Below, piece by piece: positions 8,247-17,116 of a stretch of DNA of 64,000 bases. Numbering within the stretch: position 1 is the stretch's first letter; the number at the start of each line of letters is the position of its first letter. This stretch comes from Hymenobacter sp. (GTDB taxonomy: Bacteria > Bacteroidota > Bacteroidia > Cytophagales > Hymenobacteraceae), in NCBI RefSeq assembly GCF_035709525.1, contig NZ_DASTEP010000124.1, forward strand, positions 12,851 through 76,850. The letters run 5' to 3'. Both the position numbers and the translations under genes were made by a program. Below the pieces are notes generated by a model, which did not search any database, was not told the origin of the DNA, and saw only the letters and a program-made list of their open reading frames with translations.

Positions 8247-9314
8247 CTAGTGCGTGGCGGGGGCCAGTTCGGCTGGGGCGGGCACCTCGGCGGCCGGCCG
8301 GTACTGGCGCAAAAACTCCGCGCCGGAGCCCGCAAACTGCCCGTATTGCCGGCACAGGTCGGCAATGCGGCGGGCGCTGGTGCCGCCATTCTGAATGGGC
8401 AGCTTGCGCTTGAGGTCGTCGACATCGAAGTAGGAATGCACGGGGATGCCAAGCGCCAAACCCACGTAAGCTACAGTACTATACTGCGTTATCAGCTCTA
8501 CGCAGTTGGCTATCATTTCCTCGGTGTTGCCGCTGGTGAAAATGCGCGTGCCAGGCGGGGCCCATTTTTCGACCTCGGCGGTGGCGCGGGCCATGTTTTC
8601 GTTGGGGTGAAACTTGAAGAACATGGGCCGCCCGGCCGCGATGCGGGTAGCGTGCCGGATAAACTTTTTGCGGTTATCGGGCCGGTAGGTTTCGCGCATG
8701 TCGGTGGTGGCCACCAGCACGTAGCCGCGGTGCGGAAAGCTATTATTGCGCAGCTTCTCGATGTTGTCGAAATTCGGAATGCCCGTCACGATGAGCTTAT
8801 CCTTGTCGACCCCGATTTTCTCGAAGTGCTCGGCGTAGCCCGGCGAGGCCACGCAGTACACGTCGCAGATGTTGTTCATCCCGTTCAGCGCGGTGCTGAT
8901 GGTGAGGATGGGAAAGTTGGTAAACTTCTTCACCAGGCGCGCCCACAGGTTGAGCGGGTCGGTCATGCCCTCCTGCACGAACACCGACTTGGTTTTCTTG
9001 AGCAGGTTCCAGGGCACGATGATGTCGGAGCAGCACACGATGAGGTCGTACTCGTGGCCGAATACGCGGTTCTCGAAGTCATTGCGCAGGTTGTGGGCGG
9101 CCAGGTACTTATCGCCCTTTTCCTTGATGTGGCCCTGCACGATGGTTTGCTTCAGCCCGCCGGTGCGCAGCAAAAACTGGTAGAAGCCCCGCATCCAGCC
9201 ATCGTAGTAAAGCTGGCTGAAATAGGGCTCGTACTCATCCTCAAGCAGCTGCGCGATGCCGTGCATCTGCGTAGTCTGGTTGGGCGAGCCGATTAAATAA
9301 AGCGCCTTTTTCAC
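8247..9314 (-). CDS. Hypothetical protein, probable GT-B fold glycosyltransferase (candidate ulosonate transferase)
   Basis: GTG start. Contains VQEG, VTGIPNFD, FKFHPNE and STVAYVGLALGIP, recalling CMP-sugar and teichoic-type transferases. Family not confirmed. Confidence 0.6.
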   Translation of the reverse strand: MKKALYLIGSPNQTTQMHGIAQLLEDEYEPYFSQLYYDGWMRGFYQFLLRTGGLKQTIVQGHIKEKGDKYLAAHNLRNDFENRVFGHEYDLIVCCSDIIVPWNLLKKTKSVFVQEGMTDPLNLWARLVKKFTNFPILTISTALNGMNNICDVYCVASPGYAEHFEKIGVDKDKLIVTGIPNFDNIEKLRNNSFPHRGYVLVATTDMRETYRPDNRKKFIRHATRIAAGRPMFFKFHPNENMARATAEVEKWAPPGTRIFTSGNTEEMIANCVELITQYSTVAYVGLALGIPVHSYFDVDDLKRKLPIQNGGTSARRIADLCRQYGQFAGSGAEFLRQYRPAAEVPAPAELAPATH

Positions 9315-9385
9315 AAAAAATACGTGTAAAAATCACGCAAAAATACACTAGCGCCGCCTTGCGGGCGGGGCGCGAAGCTATCGGG

Positions 9386-9856
9386 CTACTGCGCGCGGTA
9401 GGTCACGTTGCGGCCCAGCAGGCCGGCCGTTTTGGTGAGCTCGTCCCAGGCCACGCTGGCGCGGCCTTCGCGCTTTTCGCCGGGGTATTCGATGAGCTTA
9501 TAGTGCTTGCTGGCTAGCTCGGGGGCGTAGGTGCCGGTGAGCACCAGCTGCCGGCCGCGCACGGCCCCATCGAGCACCACGGCCCCTACCTCCGACACGG
9601 CGCGGGGCTCGGTGCGCACGGTCAGCTGCTCGCGGTTGACGTCTTTGATGGCGTAGCCCCGGTCGACGAGGCCCTGCATGAGGGCGGTGAGGGCCACCAG
9701 GCCGCTGTCGCGGCGGGCGATGAGGGCGGCATTAGCCTTTTTAGGAGGCAGCACTACCGGCGCTTTGGGAGCCGCTGCGGCGGGGGCCGCCGGGGCTTGC
9801 TGGGCCAGGGCCAGGGTAGGCAGCAGCGCCAGGCTAAGAAGAAGCAGGGGTTTCAT
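9386..9856 (-). CDS. Secreted hypothetical protein
   Basis: Signal peptide MKPLLLLSLALLPTLALAQQ from ATG 9856; typical codon usage. Confidence 0.7.
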   Translation of the reverse strand: MKPLLLLSLALLPTLALAQQAPAAPAAAAPKAPVVLPPKKANAALIARRDSGLVALTALMQGLVDRGYAIKDVNREQLTVRTEPRAVSEVGAVVLDGAVRGRQLVLTGTYAPELASKHYKLIEYPGEKREGRASVAWDELTKTAGLLGRNVTYRAQ

Positions 9857-10081
9857 AAGGGGCGAGGTACTAAGCAGAAAGAACTGAACGGAAGCGGCAC
9901 CAGGGCGGCGGACGGGCGGCAGCCAGCGGACCACCGCCCGAAGCTACAAAGGTCGGGCTAGATGACGGTACCAGCGGCCTGACATTTTACCGGCTGGCCG
10001 GTTTAGGGCGCGGGCCTGGCCGCTGGCCCGGCCATCCTGCCTTTCTTGCAAGGTATTTTAGGCTGCGACGCGGCCCGCCCC

Positions 10082-11329
10082 ATGCCCACCGACGCCCCTA
10101 CCCCTGCTTCATCAGTAGCTACCGCCGCCGTGCCGGTGTTTCTCGACCTCGAGCAGCGGCGCGTGCTGCTGGTGGGCGGCGGGGCCGAGGCCCTGGCCCA
10201 GCTTGGCACCGTGCTGGCCGCCCACCCCACGGCCCGCGTCACGGTGGTGGCCCCTACCCCGATGCCCGAGCTCGTGGCCCTGGCCCAGCGCCACCCGCAG
10301 GTGCGGGTGCTGGCGCGCGCCTTCGAGCCGGCCGACCTGGCCGGGCACGACCTGGTGCTGGTGGCTACCCCCGATGCCGGGCTGCTCGGCCGCGTGCGGG
10401 CCGGGGCCGCCGCCCGCCGCCTGCACGCCGTGGCGGCCTTCGGCCCTGCCGAAGAAGCCGAGGCCACCGCCTACTGGCGGCGCGTGGCCACGTGGGCGCT
10501 GCTGGCCTTCGCGGGATTTTTGATGCTCACCATCTTGTCGTACTACTTCACCTGGCAGCAGGCGTGGGCAGGGGTGCGCGGCGCGGGCACGTTCTACACG
10601 TTCGTGGCCGTGGGCTTCGTGGCCCAGCTGATAGATGGCATGCTGGGCATGGGCTACGGCATCGTGTCGGCCATCAGCCTGATGACGCTGGGGCTGCCCC
10701 CGGCCTCGGTGAGCGCCAGCATTCACACGGCCGAGATGTTTGCCAGCGGCGCGTCGGGCTACCACCACTACCGCTTCGGCAACGTCAACAAGAAGCTATT
10801 CAGGGTGCTGGTGCTGCCCGGCGTGGCCGGCTCAGTGGCCGGGGCGCTGCTGCTCGCGCGGCTGGGCGAGGCGCACGTGGCCTACCTCAAGCCGGTGCTG
10901 GCCGTGTACCTGCTCGTGCTGGGCGCGCGCATCATCAGCAAGGCTCTTAAAAAGCAGCCGCAGCAGCGCCGCAAGGTGAAAAATGCCGGCTGGCTGGCCA
11001 GCGCGGGCGGCTTTCTCGACTCGTTTGGCGGGGGCGGCTGGGGGCCGCTGGTCACGAGCACGCTCATTGCCAACGGCCGCACGCCGAGCTACGTCATCGG
11101 CACGGTGAGCCTGGTAGAGTTTTTCGTGACGTTCGCCAGCGCGGTCACATTTTTTTCGGTGCTGGGCTTCAAGCACTGGCAAATCGTGCTGGGCCTCATC
11201 GGCGGGGGCGTGGCGGCCGCGCCCATTGCCGCCCGCCTGGCCGGCCGCCTACCCACCCGCTGGATGTTCGTGGGCGTGGGTGCCATGGTTATTTTCTGGA
11301 GCCTCTGGACGCTGCGCAAGCTGCTATAA
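10082..11329 (+). CDS. TSUP (TauE/SafE sulfite exporter) transporter fused to an N-terminal siroheme-synthase-like NAD-binding domain
   Basis: N-terminal PVFLDLEQRRVLLVGGG; C-terminal GFVAQLIDGMLGMGYG and DSFGGGGWGP repeats. Confidence 0.85.
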   Translation: MPTDAPTPASSVATAAVPVFLDLEQRRVLLVGGGAEALAQLGTVLAAHPTARVTVVAPTPMPELVALAQRHPQVRVLARAFEPADLAGHDLVLVATPDAGLLGRVRAGAAARRLHAVAAFGPAEEAEATAYWRRVATWALLAFAGFLMLTILSYYFTWQQAWAGVRGAGTFYTFVAVGFVAQLIDGMLGMGYGIVSAISLMTLGLPPASVSASIHTAEMFASGASGYHHYRFGNVNKKLFRVLVLPGVAGSVAGALLLARLGEAHVAYLKPVLAVYLLVLGARIISKALKKQPQQRRKVKNAGWLASAGGFLDSFGGGGWGPLVTSTLIANGRTPSYVIGTVSLVEFFVTFASAVTFFSVLGFKHWQIVLGLIGGGVAAAPIAARLAGRLPTRWMFVGVGAMVIFWSLWTLRKLL

Positions 11330-11444
11330 GTCGCCCCCACCCGCTGGGCCTGCCCAGAGGCGCTTCTTAAGCTGCCTTTCAGCCGGTGCCTCCAAGGGTG
11401 CTTTTGGGGTTCGGCCATTGCGGGCGGCGGGCAGACGAACTTCC

Positions 11445-11640
11445 GTGCACGAACAATTTCAACTTCATAAAGTGCAATAATAACTCAGCACCACCCGCCT
11501 ATGATTTAATTGTTACTAACCGATGATTAACATTATTTTGTCTATAATAAATTGTAATTAATTTACTAATTGCGCCAATTATATTCTTTTTAAAAACCTA
11601 AGTAATATCTTAGAAGTATAAACCAATAAGCTGAACCGTT
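11445..11640 (+). promoter_or_regulatory. AT-rich upstream region of the polysaccharide lyase locus
   Basis: Abrupt AT-rich stretch in GC-rich context, with a short palindrome CTAAG-TAATAT-CTTAG at 11598-11613. Confidence 0.45.
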
Positions 11641-11736
11641 GCGCACTACCCGGCTACTTGCTACCGGCCAGGCGGCGCTTACTACCAACGCTCTTTTGCG
11701 CGGGCTGCTTTTTTATCCATCTTACTACCGCTAGTT

Positions 11737-11940
11737 ATGCACACCACCACTACCTGCACCCGCCAGCTGCCCGATACGGCCGCCTGGCTGCTGGCCGCCG
11801 GGCTGTTGCTGGGCCTACTCGGCCTGGGCAGCCTGGCCCGTCCGGCGCTCGCGCCCGCCCAAGGGCAAGCCCGCTCGCGCGCCGCCGCGCCGCCCGCCGC
11901 GCGGGTAGTGCCCGCGTCGTGGCGGGCAGCGGCGCCGTAG
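11737..11940 (+). CDS. Small putative membrane peptide
   Basis: ATG downstream of the AT-rich region; one hydrophobic segment (WLLAAGLLLGLLGLGSLA). Coding status uncertain. Confidence 0.35.
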   Translation: MHTTTTCTRQLPDTAAWLLAAGLLLGLLGLGSLARPALAPAQGQARSRAAAPPAARVVPASWRAAAP

Positions 11941-11981
11941 CCCACCGCCCGAGTTTGTTATAAGTAGCTATCCTATACCCT

Positions 11982-14942
11982 GTGAATAAATTAGTTGTTA
12001 TCCTGCTCGCGCTGTGCGGCGCGGGGCAGCTCCGCGCCCAGTCGGGTGCCTGGCTGCCCGATAGTGCCCGCCCGGCGTATCCGCGCACCTTGCTCGCAGC
12101 CCCGGCCCTGCCCCAGGTGCAAGCCTCGCTGGCCGAGCCCGGCCGGCGCGCCATCTACCAGAGCCTGTGGGCCGACGTGCAAAGCCCGCCGCCCACCGAC
12201 AACACCTCGGCCAGCGGGCGGCGGGCGCGGGCCACCTGGGCCAAAAACGCGGCCTTCGCAGTGCTGCTAAACCGGCAGCCGGCCGGCGCGGGCCTGGCCC
12301 CGCTGCCCGCCGAAACGCACGATGCCCTGGCCGCCAGCGCCCGCAGCCTGCTCGAAAGCCTGAACACCGAAGTAGAGCCCTTCGCCACCTGGACTGGCAC
12401 CATGCCCTACACCGAGTGGCAGTGGCGCTCGAAGGAGCTGATTGACTACCTGATAGCCTACGACCTGCTGCGCGGCGCGGGTGAAAGCGCGGCCGCGCTA
12501 GCGGCCGGCCAGGCCCGGCTCCAGGTTTTTGCGGGCAACCTCTACCGGCAGTCGACCACGCCGCTGATGGGTATCACGTTTTACAGCGCCGTCAAAAACA
12601 ACCACACCCTGATGACGGCCGCCGCCCTGGGCATGGCCGCCGTGGTGCTGAACGACGCGACCAGCACCGACGCCAACCAACAGCCCGCCCGCTGGGCCGG
12701 CGCGGGGCTGCACACCATCGACAACGTGCTGTGGCGCGACGCCCAGCGGCAGTCTGACTCGACGCAGGTGGCGGGCTACGCCGAGGGGCCGTACTACTGC
12801 AAGTACGCGCTGCTCAACTGCTTACCGTATTTCCGGGCGATGGGTAATTTTCTGCCCGATGGCCGCCTGCCTTACACTTTCGGCGGCAGCACGCGGAGCA
12901 TCCGCAACCCCTATTTCGACCCCAAATACGACCGGCTATATGAGTGGCTGACGGCCATCCGGCTGCCCGACGGGCGGCTGCCGGCGCTGGAAGACTCCTA
13001 CGTAGACATGGGCATGCCCGAGCTGGCCCTCACCGGCAAGCCGCAGTATGCCAAGCCGATGTACTACAGTAAAATAACGGGCACGGGCATGGCCTCCGAC
13101 CTGGCGCAGCTGCGCGACGCCACCGTGGACATGCGCGCCGCCTGGCTGGCCGCCGCCGTGGCCCCCACCGCGCCCGCGCACCCGGCCCTGACGGTGCTGC
13201 CGGGCAGCGGCAACTTGATTTTTCGGTCGGGCGCCGACTCGGCCGCCACCTACCTGCACGTGTACGGCCGCGGCGGCACAGCCCAAAGCAACAGCGGCGG
13301 CCACAACCAGGGCGACGCCAGCAGCTTCATTTTGCACGCGCAGGGGCAGCTGCTGGCCCTCGACCCCGGCTACCTCAGCTACGGCCGCCGGGCCGAGGTG
13401 GGCGCGGCCACCAGCCACAACCTAGTGCTGGTAGATGGCGCGGGCCCCGCCCTGGGCGCGCCCGGCGCTACCAACTCGGCCCCCGCCGCCATCGAGCGCA
13501 CCTTCCAAACGCCGCAGCTCAGCTACGGCGAGGTAACGACGAGCTACCAGCAGGCCCGCCTCACGCGCAAGACGCTGTTTGTGCGCAACACCTACTACCT
13601 GCTGGCCGATGCCGTGAGCGCCGCCGCACCCCGCACCTACACCTGGCAGCTGCACGGCTACGGCCTGGCGGGCGGCACGGCCGCCACTGGCACCTTCGCG
13701 GGCAATCTGGCTGGGCACGAGGGCACCTGGCAAAAAAACGGCGTGCGCCTGCTGGCCCACGTGGCGGGCACCGGCACGGCCGCCACCTATGCCACCGCTA
13801 CCAACCCCCACGAAACTACCTATAACACCGCCGAAAACCACACCACGCTGCTGGTGCAGCAAAGCGGCACAACCCAAACGCAGTTTTTGAGCGCGCTCTA
13901 CCCCTACGCTGCCCAGCCGCCGCAGGTGGCCACCACCAGCCAGGCCACCACGGCCGCGCTGGCCACCGCCGCCGAGGGCTTCGTGGATGTCGCCTTCGCG
14001 CAGGCCGATACCGTGCTGACTGCCGACGCCAGCGGCCGGCTGCCGCAGGCCGTGCAGGCCGATGGGCTGCTCAATTTTTATTCGGCCGACGCCAACGGCA
14101 AGTTCGCCCAGCTTTTTGTGCAGGCGGGCACCACGCTGCAAGTCGGCCCCGCGGCCGTGCTGACGTCCGCACGCCGGGCCGATATAAGCTGGCAGCGCCT
14201 CAGCCCCGGCCACTACGCCGGCTACGCCAGCCGCGCCACCACGCTGCTGCTGGCGCTGGGCAGCGCGCCCAGCGCCGTGCGCGGCGCGGGCGTGGCCAGC
14301 TACGCCTACGATGCCGGCTTACAGCAACTGCGCGTAGTACTAAGCCAGGCTTCGGACTTTGAGGTAGCGCTGCCGGCCGCCGGCAGCGGCACCGCACCGC
14401 TGCCGGTGGTGCTCACCGATTTTGCGGGCCAGCGCCAGAGCGCGGCCGTGGCGCTGAGCTGGCACACGGCGTCGGAGCAGCACAATGCGGGCTTCGAGGT
14501 GCAGCGCCGGACGGCGGAAGCGGCCGATTTTACTACCCTTGGCTTTGTGGTGGGCGCGGGCACGGCCAGCCGCAACACGGGCTACGCCTTCCGCGACGCG
14601 GCGGCCCCAGCCGGGCTGGTGTACTACCGCCTGCGGCAGCTCGACCGTGATAGCACCGCTACCTACTCGCCCGTGGTGGCCGTGGCGGGTACCACCCCGG
14701 CCGGGGCCGCCGAGGCCAGCATGCGGGTGTTTCCGCAGCCCGCCCGCGACTGGCTGCGGGTGCAGATGGCCGGCTCCGCGCCGCCCACCACGCTGCAGCT
14801 GCTCGATAACCTGGGCCGCGTGGTGCGCCAGCAACTTTGCCAAACCGAAACGCAGCTGGATGTGCGCGGGCTACCCGCCGGCCTCTACTACCTGGTGGCC
14901 AGCGGCACCGCTGGGCGTCAAAAAGTGGTCATCGAACCTTAA
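11982..14942 (+). CDS. Heparinase II/III-like polysaccharide lyase with T9SS C-terminal sorting domain
   Basis: Signal peptide; NNH, EGPYY, GHNQGD..SF, DPG and SHN.V.VDG motifs; PLPVVLTDF Ig-like module; VFPQPA...GLYYL sorting tail. Confidence 0.82.
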   Translation: MNKLVVILLALCGAGQLRAQSGAWLPDSARPAYPRTLLAAPALPQVQASLAEPGRRAIYQSLWADVQSPPPTDNTSASGRRARATWAKNAAFAVLLNRQPAGAGLAPLPAETHDALAASARSLLESLNTEVEPFATWTGTMPYTEWQWRSKELIDYLIAYDLLRGAGESAAALAAGQARLQVFAGNLYRQSTTPLMGITFYSAVKNNHTLMTAAALGMAAVVLNDATSTDANQQPARWAGAGLHTIDNVLWRDAQRQSDSTQVAGYAEGPYYCKYALLNCLPYFRAMGNFLPDGRLPYTFGGSTRSIRNPYFDPKYDRLYEWLTAIRLPDGRLPALEDSYVDMGMPELALTGKPQYAKPMYYSKITGTGMASDLAQLRDATVDMRAAWLAAAVAPTAPAHPALTVLPGSGNLIFRSGADSAATYLHVYGRGGTAQSNSGGHNQGDASSFILHAQGQLLALDPGYLSYGRRAEVGAATSHNLVLVDGAGPALGAPGATNSAPAAIERTFQTPQLSYGEVTTSYQQARLTRKTLFVRNTYYLLADAVSAAAPRTYTWQLHGYGLAGGTAATGTFAGNLAGHEGTWQKNGVRLLAHVAGTGTAATYATATNPHETTYNTAENHTTLLVQQSGTTQTQFLSALYPYAAQPPQVATTSQATTAALATAAEGFVDVAFAQADTVLTADASGRLPQAVQADGLLNFYSADANGKFAQLFVQAGTTLQVGPAAVLTSARRADISWQRLSPGHYAGYASRATTLLLALGSAPSAVRGAGVASYAYDAGLQQLRVVLSQASDFEVALPAAGSGTAPLPVVLTDFAGQRQSAAVALSWHTASEQHNAGFEVQRRTAEAADFTTLGFVVGAGTASRNTGYAFRDAAAPAGLVYYRLRQLDRDSTATYSPVVAVAGTTPAGAAEASMRVFPQPARDWLRVQMAGSAPPTTLQLLDNLGRVVRQQLCQTETQLDVRGLPAGLYYLVASGTAGRQKVVIEP

Positions 14943-15218
14943 CGCACTGGCTCGCGAGCGGGCATTACGGGCCGCCCTGGCAGTAGTGCCCGCTTCGGTG
15001 TGGCTAGCTACTGCCAGGGCATTGGGTCAGCCGCAGCTATAGCCTGGCTCCGGTTTCGGCAGAGATACCCGTTTGGCTGGCTGCGCCGGCATATTTTTAA
15101 CCGCAGGCCGCACTGTTGGGGCTACTACTGGTGCTCGGCAATTGGGGTTTGCCCTGCGCCTCGTACTTACGCGGCGCGCTACCGGCTTCTGGCTAGCAAC
15201 CCATGCGCCCTGAAACGA

Positions 15219-15248
15219 AGAAAGCCCGCCGGTAAGGGCGGGCTTTCT
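15219..15248 (-). terminator. Intrinsic terminator downstream of tRNA-Asn
   Basis: AGAAAGCCCGCC-ggtaa-GGGCGGGCTTTCT hairpin. Confidence 0.75.
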
Positions 15249-15254
15249 AAGCTT

Positions 15255-15331
15255 TGGCGCTCCCTCCTGGGCTCGAACCAGGGACCCTCTGATTAACAGT
15301 CAGATGCTCTAACCGGCTGAGCTAAGGAAGC
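15255..15331 (-). tRNA. tRNA-Asn (GTT), CCA encoded
   Basis: Reverse complement GCTTCCTTAGCTCAGCCGGTTAGAGCATCTGACTGTTAATCAGAGGGTCCCTGGTTCGAGCCCAGGAGGGAGCGCCA folds as a cloverleaf. Confidence 0.97.
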
Positions 15332-15364
15332 TTTTCTAGTCCCGAAACCGGCGCTTTCGGGCCA

Positions 15365-15372
15365 CAAAGATA
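15365..15372 (-). promoter_or_regulatory. Bacteroidota sigma-70 -7 element (TATCTTTG) for tRNA-Asn
   Basis: Matches TAnnTTTG about 35 nt upstream of the tRNA. Confidence 0.7.
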
Positions 15373-15423
15373 GGAACACGTTTTTTGAATTTGCAAGCCA
15401 GCTGCAAAAAAACTTATTAAATT

Positions 15424-15867
15424 TTAATTTGAGATAGTTAACAAACTACCATTCAGGTTAGTAGTGTACGAGCGCAGCATGCGGTTGGCGGGGCCACCCG
15501 TTACCTGACCCTGCAAATCGAACTGCGAATTGCAGCAAGTATCCCGAAAAAACAGCCGCGAGCGGTCCAGGCTCACCAGCGAGCAGGCATCGTAGGGCTG
15601 GTAGGGGCAGTTGCGGTCGTAGGCGCGGTAGGTGCTCGCGTTCAGCCGCACCACGAATAAGCCCTTCACGCCGCCGCCCGCAATGCCCGACATGGGCAGC
15701 ACCACCACGCCATTGTCGTAGCGCAGCGCCTGGTACTGCTGGTTGGTGATGTTGATTTGAGTGCTGAACGACACCGACGGAATCGTCTGGGTCGTCGTAG
15801 CCGAGCTGCCGCAGGCCGCCAGCCCAAACAACGCCACGCTCGCACCCGCCAGAATCATGTTACGCAT
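15424..15867 (-). CDS. Rieske-like lipoprotein
   Basis: Lipobox GLAAC; AYDRNCPY and CCNSQFDLQG..GP....L..Y pattern. Confidence 0.65.
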   Translation of the reverse strand: MRNMILAGASVALFGLAACGSSATTTQTIPSVSFSTQINITNQQYQALRYDNGVVVLPMSGIAGGGVKGLFVVRLNASTYRAYDRNCPYQPYDACSLVSLDRSRLFFRDTCCNSQFDLQGQVTGGPANRMLRSYTTNLNGSLLTISN

Positions 15868-15930
15868 AAATCAAAGAATCAAAGCGATAAATAAACGCGG
15901 GCTGGCGGCAACTTATTCCATCCGGCCAAC

Positions 15931-16908
15931 CTACTTTTTAAACAGCGAGTTCACGAACGTGTGCCGGTCGAAGAGCTGCAAGTCCGTCATCTTCTCGCCC
16001 ACCCCGATGTAGCGCACCGGGATGCTGAACTGGTCGGAGATACCGATAACCACGCCGCCCTTGGCCGTACCGTCGAGCTTGGTGATGGCCAGCGCCGACA
16101 CCTCGGTGGCGCGGGTAAACTCCTTGGCTTGCATAAAAGCATTCTGGCCCGTGCTGCCGTCGAGCACGAGCAGCACCTCGTGCGGCGCTTCGGGGATAAC
16201 CTTCTGCATCACGCGCTTGATTTTGCTGAGCTCGTTCATCAGGTTCACCTTGTTGTGCAGGCGGCCGGCGGTGTCGATGATGACCACGTCGGCACCCATT
16301 TCCACGCCTTTCAGCACGGCGTCGTAGGCCACGGCGGCGGGGTCGGTGTTCATGCCGTGCGAAATGACGGGCACGCCCACCCGCTGCCCCCACACGATGA
16401 GCTGGTCTACGGCCGCCGCCCGGAAGGTATCAGCCGCACCCAGCACCACCTTCTTACCGGCGCTGTGGAAGCGGTGCGCCAGCTTGCCGATGGTCGTGGT
16501 TTTGCCCACGCCGTTCACGCCCACTACCATTATCACGAAGGGGTGGCCGGGCGTATCGGGCCGGTCGAGGATGGCGCGCGAGCCCGTGGTGCCCGCGTTG
16601 GCGTCGAGCAGGTCGGCTATCTCTTCGCGCAGAATGCGGTCGAGCTCGCCGGTGCTCACGTACTTGTCGCGGGCCACGCGCTTTTCGATGCGGTCGATGA
16701 CTTTTACCGTGGTGTCGATACCTACATCGGCGTGCACGAGCAGGGTTTCGAGGTCGTCGAGCACGGCCTCGTCCACGGTGCTTTTGCCCACCACGGCCTT
16801 GCTGAGCTGGTCAAAGAAGCTGGTTTTGGTTTTTTGCAGGCCTTCGTCGAGGGCCTGCTGCTGCTCCTTGTTTTCCTTGTCTTTCTTAAAAAAATCGAAG
16901 AGGCCCAT
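15931..16908 (-). CDS. ftsY: Signal recognition particle receptor FtsY
   Basis: GVNGVGKTTT, DTFRAAA, DTAGR and TKLDGTAKGG. Confidence 0.97.
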   Translation of the reverse strand: MGLFDFFKKDKENKEQQQALDEGLQKTKTSFFDQLSKAVVGKSTVDEAVLDDLETLLVHADVGIDTTVKVIDRIEKRVARDKYVSTGELDRILREEIADLLDANAGTTGSRAILDRPDTPGHPFVIMVVGVNGVGKTTTIGKLAHRFHSAGKKVVLGAADTFRAAAVDQLIVWGQRVGVPVISHGMNTDPAAVAYDAVLKGVEMGADVVIIDTAGRLHNKVNLMNELSKIKRVMQKVIPEAPHEVLLVLDGSTGQNAFMQAKEFTRATEVSALAITKLDGTAKGGVVIGISDQFSIPVRYIGVGEKMTDLQLFDRHTFVNSLFKK

Positions 16909-16919
16909 ATACTTGGCGT

Positions 16920-17034
16920 GTCATGCTGAGCGCAGCGAAGCATCTCGCATGGGGTAGTACTCAATACATTATAGGTTTACTGCGCCACGCGAGATGCTTC
17001 GTCTCTGCTTAATGCGCAGAATGCTCAGCATGAC
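16920..17034. repeat. REP-like family A palindrome (right arm carries an insertion)
   Basis: GTCATGCTGAGCGCAGCGAAGCATCTCGC ... GCGAGATGCTTCG...GCTCAGCATGAC. Confidence 0.85.
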
Positions 17035-17062
17035 CGTTCAGAGAAACAAACTGGTTTACACG

Positions 17063-17092
17063 AAAAAAGTCCCACGAAGGTGGGACTTTTTT
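17063..17092 (-). terminator. Intrinsic terminator after DUF4295 gene
   Basis: AAAAAAGTCCCAC-gaag-GTGGGACTTTTTT. Confidence 0.8.
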
Positions 17093-17116
17093 ATATCATC
17101 GGGGCACGGCGGCAGC

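Noticed and set aside
11335-11445. Possible riboswitch or ncRNA after the TSUP gene
   Set aside because: GC-rich and able to pair, but I could not match SAM, cobalamin or c-di-GMP consensus elements. An Rfam/Infernal scan would be needed.
14943-15255. Lyase locus as an island integrated at tRNA-Asn
   Set aside because: No convincing duplicate of the tRNA-Asn 3' end was found upstream, and the tRNA keeps its CCA and terminator.
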